DNA of 64,000 nt, taken from contig NMRA01000150.1 in assembly GCA_002633005.1 (NCBI GenBank), forward strand, positions 202,434 through 266,433. The letters run 5' to 3'. The notes below the pieces were generated by a model. It saw only the letters and a program-made list of their open reading frames with translations, was not told the DNA's origin and ran no database searches. Within the stretch, counting starts at the first letter, position 1. The number at the start of each line of letters is the position of its first letter. This DNA comes from Phoronis australis (Eukaryota > Animalia > Phoronida). Of this stretch, positions 41,901 to 53,900 are shown piece by piece. A program made the position numbers and the translations under genes.

Positions 41901-44900
41901 TATTTTTCATGCAAGATGTCCAGATTATCCTATTAATATCACTTGTAATATCGCACTGCGGCACTGTTCGGTCCCGCTGTTATCACGCAATGTCTCAGTC
42001 GACTGACAATCGTGACTTGGAAATGCCGTCAAGTAATATAACGGCCTCTTTCAATATGCATCTTGTTTTTTATGGCCAAAGATAGTGGCGGTATTCAGCA
42101 CGCACGTAGGCCCTACGTGTGAGTCACCTGTCAATCACATGTTGGTGTCAAGGTAACATGCACTCCAAAGTGTGGGAACTTGCGCACGTGCACCACTACA
42201 AATCAGTTACACATAGCGACAGTTTGAAGTAACAAAAACGGGCGTGACTATGTACTTTTAGCTGTTGTTACGAAAGACCCAGTTCTTTACGATATTCTTC
42301 CGTTGCCAATGTTCCCCAAAACTGCGATGTCAAGTCTATTCCCATATTTCCCGGCTCGATGCTCCCTAAGCCCATCCCTGTAACTAGCTGCGAGAATCTC
42401 CTACCCACTATCGTCAAGCAGTCTACGTCGTAGATATTTCATACTCGAGTGGTAAGAATTTTTGTTCAGGCTGAAAATGGCCAATGTACAAACAAAATTA
42501 TTCTGGATGGCTAAAAAGGGGATGTGGAAACGATAATTCACACAGTCACGCTTACGTGGGGGCTAACGCAAGAAATAGTAAAGAACAGCCAGCGACATTA
42601 GTTAAATCTGCTAACCACTTTGACTGAGATGCAATAAGCGAAAAACAAAATTTGACTAGCCGTTTTTTATTACTTCAAGATCATACACAAACATACATTA
42701 TTGCCAACGTTTGAATTCAGAAATCGACAGGCAGCAACGAAATCGGTAACCCAGTAAGGCACTTGTACTGTCCCTTCGGTCGCCCCACATCTTCTATAAC
42801 CCGGCAGTTATATTCATAAAAATATTGAGAATTTGACATCTTTCCGTGAGTTGTGAGATTTGTTCAAAATACGAGAGCTTCCCACCTTAATAGAATTTGG
42901 AGGGTTGGCAAAACCATTGTCACATTTCTCTGGCCTGATTTTTTCGAATATATGTTTTATCTAGTACACTGCAGACGGAATCTCAGCGCGGCAGACAAAG
43001 TCGCTGAAAGCGGAGGTTTTGACGCCGGCGGCGTTCTTAAGCTTTGCAAACAAGGGAAGAAAATAAAGTGACAAAAAGGTTCAAGTATTATATTTTGAAG
43101 TGAGTTCATGACCCAAGACAATAACTCGTTACCTGCATTGTAATTCAGATTGCTAAACCACCGTCTCGGAGTCCCGGCGTCGTTGCACTCATTGTGATCA
43201 TCGATCTTTTTCTAAAAGTCGGGGAATCGCGAGTTTCCTTAGCACTAGGCGTTAAATCTTCATTCTTTAAAAGTCAGGGATGGGCGCTTAACCGAGAGGT
43301 GGGCGCTTAACTGGAAATCTTCAAAAATCGCAGGGGGGCGCTTAACCGAGCAGTGGGCGGTTAAATCGAAAATCCACTTAAAGTCGGGGATGGGCGGTTA
43401 ACTGAGCATGGCGTTAACCCGAACGATTACGGTATGTTGTCAAGTTCATTGAAATACACTTGCCAAATTTCACAAGGGCTTTAGGAGATACAGCCGTGAA
43501 TGCAAAACACAAAACTGCCACATAGGGCACCACAGTACTCAGACCCATTCGAAAATTACCGCATTAACGTCAGCCATGGTCATCACAGCATGAACCCAAC
43601 AGCCAATTTTCATAATGTCCCTTCAAGTGGTGCGTGCCAGATAGAGAGGCAGATGCACAAAAAACTTATAAATAATAAAAACGGCCAATAGACAGCATAG
43701 ATTTTGTGCGAATTTCATGAAAATCTGTCGAGGAATTCCATAGACACAGGCAAACGTAAAATAAAAAATTGTCACTAGGGGCACAGCAGCAGTCCAATCT
43801 ACCCGTAAGTCGTTGCCCATCGCCATCTCCATAGGAACACATTTGCCAACATTCATAACGATCCCCCATGGCTTTTGGTGGTATTAGAGCAGATGCTTCA
43901 CACAGAAATGGCAGCAATATACACACATATATGCATGTGCGGGTGCATAAATAGATATTTAGAAAAACTGCGATCCTTGAGTAGACATTGAGCAGTTGCC
44001 TTTTAACTCAAAGAATTATAAAGTTAGCAACAAAACAACAAAAACAAGTAAATTTGTGCAGAGTCTCACCATTGTTCTCGTATAATTTCAATTCCCAATT
44101 GATTGACTCCAGTGTTTCTGATCTTCCCTTCACTGGAGCCTTCTGGTCTCCTATACAGACAAATTCAGCTTAAATAAAATCATTTTTTATTACAGCTTAT
44201 AATGCAACACTTAACTTTATCTGTTTTTCTTGAACTACAACACAACTAGGTTTATACCAGCAACTTGATTCAGCATATTTGTGTGAGAAGGGATCAGACC
44301 TTTCAAGAAGTATGTTTCATTAAAGGAGAATGCCACTCAATTTAGTTAGTCTTTTTTACCGCCTTGATCGGTCTATATCCACATCACCTCGTATACGGTC
44401 GATCTCACCTCGCCGAGAGGTGTCGCGTTAACCTGTGAGGAAGGTGCGAAACAATGCAGCGACGTCAGTGGTTCTTCTGTCGAGTGCTGCTATGGTGTGG
44501 TGTATTCTTCCTGCTTGTGCGAACTCTGAAGCTGCGAACGAAGCAGGTATATCGTTTTTTGATTTACTCGAGAGTCCATAATGCTTCGGAAGTGGCTCAC
44601 GGTAGCGAAGAATGAAAAGTACACCGTTAATACCAAGTATGAGACCATAAAACTTCTCCGTGTCTGTCAGTGGCCAGCATTTCGCGGGATTGGTTGTTAA
44701 TCAGGTTTTGATTATTGAGAATTGAAGTTGGCTATGAAAATGTAAACAATTACGATTAATTCAAGGCATGAGAAAATAACGTTTTATATAACCTGTTTGA
44801 TGACTGACTTGTTCATGAGGCTTCTGATTGGTCCTCTGTGTGTAGGATGTTTTCACCAGTTCCTTCTCTCAGCCCTAAAAAAACGTCTTAAGCACACCTC

Positions 44901-47900
44901 TGTCTAGATGCGGTGCAAAATCAGAATGGCCCATGAGATACATCTGCGCTTCTCCAAGAAGGTGTTTCGTGGCAGCACACACAAGCGTCAGTCGTTTACC
45001 GTGCAGTTAGCTCACTGACACCAAGACAAGTCATTCAAACGGTTTTCGGAACTATCCATATGTTCCGTTGTCTGCGCACGTTCACTGAGCCTCTCAATTA
45101 TTTCTTGATCAGTGTATTCCGGATTGAACTGATAGACTGTGAAACCTAATGATCGACCTGTGAAGTCTCGTCGGATGAGCACTTGTCTAAGTCGGGATTG
45201 CGAGTTGCCACGTTGACGTTTATTATTGTGCGTTCTGTTTCAAAATGAATTATTCTCACCCTAACCAATGCTTATATAAAACTGAAACAAAATGTCAAAG
45301 TATGTCTCATTAGATGCAATTTGTAATGCCTTGGAGTGTTCGTGAGTGCAAATGTTTTGAGAAGCCAGCAATGAATAAATCACTGAGTCGCCAGCTTTAG
45401 ATGTAATAAACTAATTGACCGGGCACTGAGGCCGTGTAAGTGCATGCTAATTGAGTGTTTGCTGACACAAAGCTGTTGTGAAACAATAACTCGATTTTAT
45501 ATCCTATGGTCAGATGTTAGGGGAATCTCTGTTTAGATATTCATATACATTATTCGAATCATTGTTACTGTACAACTTTTGCCCTTACAGTTCTGTTCGT
45601 GATATCTTCAGTCGGCCACGATGGGCCTCAGATTCCGAGCCACTGGCCAGGATAACAAGTGTTTTGTGTGTTTAGAACTGAAAAAAATCTCAAGTCTAAA
45701 ATTACAACACTCAGCTATGTAAGGGTTTTACATCGACTTTTGATGATTTATTGGTGTAAAACGATGAATTCAAGCGATTAGCTGATACCGGTAAGCATGT
45801 TGTGAACTGCTGAACAGACTGCATTCGAACCTCTGACGTCATTGGTTAATTTTAGTACCTCCGTCTGCCGTCACGAAAAAGAGCTGTACTTGCTGTTATC
45901 GAGTAGAACTACTCGATCTAAATTGATACAAACTAGTTGTTTTTTGGGTGGCATTCTCCTTAAAACACACAACACAGAAGCACAATATAGATATATCCAA
46001 ACATGCCCAACTTCTAAATGTTGTGATTAATTCTTTATAGCAAAATCAAATACCTTATTGAAAATTACGACTTCAATGAAATGGATAAGACAAATAAACT
46101 ACAAAGACAGACGTGAAAATAAGTCACTTTATTTTTAAAACTGCACTGAATATCCAAAGAAGTCAGTTGTCCAAAAATCAACAACACAGATTGTACGAGT
46201 TGATTTTCACAAGATTGCCTACTTCACACATCCAAAATTGCTTTTAAAGAAAATAACTTATTCGGAAACAATACCAAGAATCCAGTTTCCAACTGAAACT
46301 AAACTCAAACCTTGTTTTAGTATTTCCTGTTTTAAGCATGAATTAGTGCCTAAGAATTTCTTTGTTTTAATCATCGTTTTAATCCAAGTTGGTACTTTTA
46401 AGTTATCACCCTAGGATAGAAGCAGTAACCTTGGAGTTCAGTTCACAAAGACTGCAAATTACAGTCATCAAATGTAAATCTCCAGACAGTCTCAAGTAAT
46501 TATAATGAATTTCATAATAAAATCAAAAATTCACATGTAACAGAGTTGAGTCCTCAATTGGACAAAATTTTTAACCCAGCTGTTCAGGGGCTATGTGGCA
46601 GTAAGAGTCCTCTGGAAATTTTGGAACCCAACTGTCAATATTGAATTCTAAACCAAAATGGTTTTGAGTGCAAAAATATTACCACAGTTATTCGACCTTG
46701 AATTGTTGCAAAATGAGCCTTTAAGTGAAGTCACAGGCAATGCATTAATCCACTATTTTATATTCAACCAACCCTATTAAACTCTGAAGCATTTTCGTTG
46801 ATGATTTTGACGTTGTTGTTGGTAACGGAAACCAAGTATCCTATCATGGTATGGAATACCATGAGTCAAGCATCCTATCATTGTAAGGAATACCATGAGT
46901 CAAGTGTCCTATCATGGTAAGGAATACCATGAGTCAAGTGTCCTATCATGGTAAGGAATACCATGAGTATGGTTTTATGAGCTTTTAAAAGTGGCTTTGA
47001 ACACTTTTCATTGTTTTAACAGCTAAATACAGAAGGAAAGTGCAGTTTGAACAGAAAAAAATTAGGTTATGCAAAACCTCCGATTATGAAGATTACAGCA
47101 CGAACACACCCCAACGTCAATGACAAGGCCATACCAACAACGAAACAGTTTCAAGTTACATTATAAAACGGTAAATAAATCATGAACTCTCCTGAATAGA
47201 TACTGGCATTTTATGTATGCCAGTTAGAAAATGTTTAAAATAAGTATTTAAATACGAATACGTATAACTACTTAGACAAAGCATGAAGCACTAAGCATGT
47301 AGCTGCGAATGAAATAGTAAGGATGCAGGGAATATGATTCTTATCGATATTCCATAAATAAAATCCTTTTAACTTGTAGATTCCAAGACAGCAAAGGAAC
47401 TTACTAAACTCTTCATAAGCCAAGAAATGAAGTTTCACACCAGTTCCAGAGGTTGGACCATTTATGTTAACATAAACTACCCTGAAAAGAATAGATACCA
47501 CGATTAAACTGTGAATTTGGTGCAAACCTGCTGAAGCTCCCTTTTAAACGCTTTCAAGAAAAATCGTTTCAGCTTTATTTAACCCAAGTTTCCTGGAAAC
47601 TTTAGCAGATTTTTGTTTAACATGTAAGGTTGAAATTGAGAACTTTCAAAATTCTGAGCGGATTTGCATCTTACACTTGTATATTACGTATATAGGATGC
47701 GTGCTCCCAGGGGGGGCTCAGGGGGCTCAAATGAGCCCCCCATTTGGCGAAGTATGTAAAAAAGGTCTGCCTCTGAGCGACAAGAAGTCCGAGATAACTT
47801 GACAAAAGACCACCAAATAAGCGCGAACACGCACTTCACAGTGGTGCTCCTGTTTTTCTCTTTTTTTACTCTGCCCGTTGCTTTGTTAGGATAAGGTCCA

Positions 47901-50900
47901 CGACGTCAACAATTCAAGCCCCCCCAAATTGAAGGCTGGGTGCGCGCATGTATAGTCTCTGTTTGTTGACGATAGGAAGACTTGGAGGCCTTAGTCTTGA
48001 CACAAAGGTGTATCAATTTACAGCTTTGGATCTGACTACTGGGTTCCACTTAAGTGATGAAAATATTGGGTAAAGATTCCTTTTGGAACCAAAGAACCGT
48101 ACCTTGATGTGGAAGTGTACAGCCGTTTCGTCCATATCTCACGGACTTGATTCACCACCAGGTGTGCCCTCAGTCGTAGTAGAATAAAACAATAAAAACA
48201 GTACCAGAGATTCCCTAATGTCGATAGCAATTCGTAACAGGTCTGAATAAACTGCAGGTAGATCACATCCAGGATCTCTGTTAAGACAAGGTCTGTGGAC
48301 TTGGATCTCAATTGCTTCACGTAACCCTGAGCTCCACACTTCTCTGTGTGTTGGGTGTAGACTTAAAGGAGCATGCCACCCAAAAAACAACCTAATTTGT
48401 ATCAATTTATATTGAGTAGTTCTACTCCATGACGACACGTACGGTTGCGTTACCCGACATCTGACGGCAGACGGAGGTGTTGAAATTATCCAATGACGTC
48501 ATCGGTTTCACACGCAGTCTGTTCAGCAGTTCACAACATGGTTTACTGGTGTCAGCTTATCGCTTGAAGTCATCGTTTAACACCAATAAATCATCAAACT
48601 TTGATGTAAAACCCTTAAAAATACACCGATTCTTATAAAAACGTGTTGTTTTATTTCGCTCTTATGGATTTATTGGTATTTGGACACACCGTAAGTTCGG
48701 CAGGCCAATAAGGTCCGTAGCAGGAGTTTGGGGTCTGTTCGGAGACAATTTTGAAGTATTTTCCATGAGATACAAACAGGAGAACCTAGATCTGTGTTGT
48801 TTAGACTTGTGATTTTTTAGTTCTAAACACAAAACGCTTGTTATCCCCGCCAGTGGTTCGGAAACTTATCAGACATCACCAACATAAACCATCCAAAGTT
48901 CAGCGGAAACTAAACTTCCAGTCAAGAAAATACTATACTAGTGAGACAAAGTAATGTGCACCTGATTAGTTGGTGAATTAGCCACAAAACTGCAAATCTA
49001 CTTACTCGTCGGGGGCCGCAAATTCAGGTTCCGCTTCGGCCACAGCATCGTCAGGGCAGAAGTTGTACATTGACAATCATTATCTGAGTAATGTAAATGT
49101 AAATAAAGATTCCCCTTACACCTGGCCGTGGGATGGAAATCGAGTTGTTTCACAACAGTTTCTACCAGCAAACACTAAATTAGCATGAGCTCAAACGGCT
49201 TAGGTGACCCGTCAATTAGTTTTTTTGCACCTAAAGCCGGAAACGCAGTGATTTATTCATTGCTGGTTTTTCAAATCATTTGCACTCACGAACATTCCAA
49301 ACGCATTACAAATTGCATCTAATGAGAAAGACTTTTTTTTCAGATTTATATAAGTATTGGTTAGGGTGAGAATAATGCATTATGAAACAGAACGCTCAGT
49401 AATAAACGCCAACATGGCAACTCGCAATCCCGACTTAGGACGAGCTAGTGCTCATCAGTCCCGACTTCGCATGTGGATCGTTAAGTTTTACAGGCTATCA
49501 ATTCGAACAGGAAAACAGTGATGAAGAAATACTAGAGGTGCCGTGAACAACCTCAGACAACGGAACGTATGGAGTTATTTAATAAGCCAGCATTCATCAG
49601 GCACTGTCGACGTCTGCAGGCCACAGACATGGAGATGCTTCACGGCCTCATACTTGCTATTTACAGCGTACATTTCATTCTTCACTACTGCGAACCACTT
49701 CCTAAACATTTCGGACTCTCGAGGAAGTCGAAAAAACGATATACCTGCTTTTCTCTTAATTGCATAGTTGGCACAAGCGGGACAATGCACCGCAACATAG
49801 CGGCATTCACTCTGCATATGAACCCCTGACGTCGCTAGCATCGTTTTTCACCTTCCTCACAGGTTAACGCGACACCTCTTGGCAAGGTAAAGCTGACCGT
49901 ATACAAGGCGATGTGGATATAGACCGATTAATACGGCAAAAAAGACTAATTAAATCGGGTGGCATTCTCCTTTAACATACTGAAGTCCTCATCAGAGATC
50001 TGGTGATGTTTCTGATGACAACCAAAACGAAGCTGAGGTTCGTCACGTGAAACGAGCGTAGCGTGCCAATGCATATCGTGACTGGATGTTCGATGTACGT
50101 AACAAGAAACGAAGACGGACTGACCCCGGACCCTTCGATCATCAACGTCCCTGTGTGTATTCCCCGTCAGAGGTGTCTCCGAAAGGATTCAGACCATCTA
50201 CCGTAAACACAACACCAAGTCATTTCACAAACCGTTTAACACTATTCGGTCCATCCTCCCATCATTGAAAGATGTGTCACCTCCCTAGAGGTGTGGTGTG
50301 ATCTATAAATACAAGTGGGGTGAGTGTACTGACAACTATATCGGTAAGACGGGTCGCCAGTTATTGACCAGGGTTAAGGATCATCGTAACCCCAACCTTA
50401 AACCTTTTACTGCTGTCCAAAACCATGATACAGATCTACATTTATTTACAAGATCTCTGATGAGGACTTCAGTACATTAAGTCTACAACCAAAGAAATGG
50501 AAGTGCAGGGTACGAGAAGCAATTGAGATCCAAGTCTACAGACCTAGTCTTAACAGAAATCCGGGACTTGATCTACCTGCAGGGTAGTCAGATCTGTTAC
50601 GGGATTCCCCGACATTAGGGAATCCCCGGTAATATGTTTATTGTTTTATGTTAAAACAACAGAGCGCACACCCGGTGGTGAATCAAGTCCAAGAAATATA
50701 GACGAAACGACTGTACACTTTCCATATCAAGGCACGGTAAAGTCGGCAAAATAAAATAAGGCAAAAACGTCATGCCCATGAAAACTGTTCTGCTCTTGGT
50801 TATTTACAGGTGCTAAAAATATCGCTTTTCCATTATTCTGAAGCAAAATTAATTTGTGGCTTTGCCCACCATGCAACAGAGTGCCCCCTGTAGCCCAATT

Positions 50901-53900
50901 TCTGTTTTTGCCTATTCTTCATCCTTCTTCCACAAGATTGCACACAGTTCGCAAGAACTTACCGTAATGGGCTTCACATTGTTATTTTTAGACATAAGCA
51001 CATTATCACAAGGAAACACAATTTCTAAGCAAATTTTGTTTCACAAGTTGCCACCATCTCTTGGAAGAGGATGCAAAAATTGAGTTTGGTCGTAAATGGC
51101 ATGTTTGAACTCGACATCACTTTTGTTTGTTAATAGCAGGAAGGTGATGCGAGAAAATGAGGTGTATTAGATTTTGATTCTGTTACAACAGTTGTAACCT
51201 GGTAATTGCCAAGGTAAGTGTCGTCTCACTCACAGACTTCGCATGTACCCCACCCCCGCCCGCCTGTTGAGCACAATGGACTGCAGCATATGCTGTTTCA
51301 TTAGGTGTTCCACGAATGGTACCTGGTACTTTGTACATGACAGCAAGTTTGATGCGTAGCATAACACCAAATGCGACCTGCCAATTTCCCTCATTGCCGA
51401 ATGGGAAATGAGTTCGGCAAAACAAGGAGATTCGGTATACTAAGTGCAAGTCTTGGCCAGGACCACGTCAAACAACAATAACAAGAGCAACGCGGAGCGC
51501 TGAAATGCGCCCACGAATGTATCGCAAATGGTGTGCTTTAGGGTTGCTTATTTGTGTCATAGAATGGGCACTAGATGGATATAAGCCAATTTTCAAAACC
51601 ATCCTTAAAATGATTTGGTTGATAGAGAGGTAGACGCCAAAAAACAGACTCGAAAACAGCAACAATGGCCACTAGGGCACTAGGTGGTGCAAATTAACTT
51701 GATTCCATCCAAAAACAGGAGGATAGCGTCATCTCATCAACAGATGTCCGTATTCAAAATTTTATGAAAATCTGTTGAGGACCTTTGAAGATACAGAGGT
51801 AAACGTAAAACTTAAATTGCCAGCAGGGGGCATACCAGTACTCAGATCCATCCCAAAATCATCGTCGTTCGTTGTCAACATCATATAAAGACACTTCTTA
51901 AACTTAGTAAAGATAATACAAACGGTTTAGGAGATATAGCTATGGGCACAAAGAAGAAACTGCCACTAGGAGGCGCCACATTAGTCAAAGTCATCGAAAA
52001 ACCGTCAGCTGTCCACTTCATGGTAAAAACATATATGCCAATTTTCACAATTATCCTGAAAGGGGTTTGGCTTATAGAGGGGTGTACGCCAAAAACAGAC
52101 TCGAAAACAATAAAAATGGCCACCAGGTGGCACAAACTAGGTCGAATCCATCTGAAAATAGAAAGATAGCATCACCTCACTAACAGAACCCCATACGCCA
52201 AATTTTATGAAAATACGTTGAAGCCCTTTGAAGATACAGAGGAAAATGTAAAAAAATAAAATTGCCACTAGGTGGAACACCAGTGGTCAGATCTGTCCGC
52301 AAGTCGTCGTCGTCCATTGCCAACATCATATAAATGCCCTTACTAAATTTAGAAAAGATGCTGCAAATCGGTTTAGGAGATAAGCCATAGGTGCAAAAAC
52401 AACGAAACTACAACTAGGAAGCGTCACAGTAGTTGAAGTCATCGGAAAATCATCATCAACCGTCCTCTACATAGTAAGAATATACATGCCAATTTTCACA
52501 ATCATGCTTAGAGCGGTTTCGTTGATAGAGGGGTGGATGTCAAAAAACAGACTCGAAAACAGTAAAAATGGCCAATAGGTGGCGCAAACTACATCGGATC
52601 CATCTGAAAACAAGAGGATGTCGTCGTTTCACCAATAGATGCCTATATACCAAATTTCATGAAAATAGCTCGAGGACCTTTGAAGATACAGAGGTAAACG
52701 TAAAAAACTAAAATTGCCACTAGGGGGCACACCCGTATTCGGATCCGTCCGAAAGTTTGCTCATGCCGACGGTCCCATCTATGAAAGGAATACATGTGCA
52801 AAATTTCATGAGCACATGTTAATCGGTTTTGGAGATAGAGCAGCGGACGCCGAACGCCGCCCGGACGGAAGGACGCAGATGACGGCACAATGCGTCCAAA
52901 TATAAATATGTGGGCGCATAAAAATGAAAAAAAGAACGTGTAAATTGAAAAACTGGGCAAATGTCTGGCGGAACACCCAAGAAGGCCCTGATGTCATTTT
53001 TGCTTAACAATTACGAGTACCTTCTGATTACTTTCTATAGCATCTTAAACACATGCTTGGATGTAGCGAGTTAATGGCAACTTGAAAAATTTTTACCAGG
53101 TTCCAAAACAAAATCTGAGGTCACATTAGCGGCTGCAGGTTGCCAAATCGATAACTGGACAGGAGCCCCCAGCATCAACCCCTGTTATGAATGCTGATCT
53201 AAATTACACAGCAAAGTAGCTAATTGCCAGCCTGTGTATTAGCATACTTGCCAACTCTTCCCGCAAGAGATTAGAATCCCTGTAGATCAGTGTTTGCGAG
53301 CCAGGGAGTTGTCGGTTTTCAGATTTGACTGGGACTAAGGATAGTCACTGTGTACATATATGTTCATAGCCGGCATGCAGTGATCTGCAGGGATATAGAG
53401 TAGCCATGTGTATATATATTATGCTAACCCAGTCTGGTGAAGGATTCAGTTGTGTGTGTAATAATCCAGGCCGCTGGAACTACTCAGCGCACTACAGTAC
53501 ACACAGCGGAATTGACGTATTATCTCATATTGGTGCTTCTTCACACAATTTACCCATAATTAGACATTCAATTTCACATGCTTGTTTAACACGGTGTTTG
53601 AAGGCATTGTGGCAGATGCTTCGTGCTTGTGATACTGCCTGGATCCATATACCTTCCTTCTTCATTTTTGAACTATTATCATTCCTGGATGGCATTCTTT
53701 TAACTAGAAATCCGTATAAATAAAGTTGACTAGGATGAGCAGCCTGAAACCATGTGGGTAAAAAGTGAGCAAATCTTGCAAAGAGTTAATATCACAAACT
53801 AATAACTCTTCTTTGACTAAATTAATTTGGTTACCACATAGAAAAAAGTGCCATTAATCTGTTATTTTGTAATTAAGTTTGTGGAGTGATCTTTCCGCCA

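Larger units (their letters stand above)
48095..50740. mobile_element. Penelope-like retroelement fragment (+, about 50060-50740) with an inverted 3' copy (-, 48095-48362 and 49976-50030)
   Basis: Plus strand encodes RGVSERIQTIYRKHNTKSFHKPFNTIRSIL..KD..GVIYKY...YIGKTGRQLLTRVKDH...REAIEIQVYRPSLNRNPGLDLP; the minus copy encodes REAIEIQVHRPCLNRDPGCDLP. Confidence 0.85.

Noticed and set aside
46833-46968. CRISPR-like palindromic 34-bp repeats
   Set aside because: The units abut with no unique spacers, there are no cas genes, and the context is eukaryotic.
51183-51449. MYKVPGTIRG as the arrestin N-terminal exon
   Set aside because: No GT donor in the required phase; 56055-56116 fits both motif and phase.
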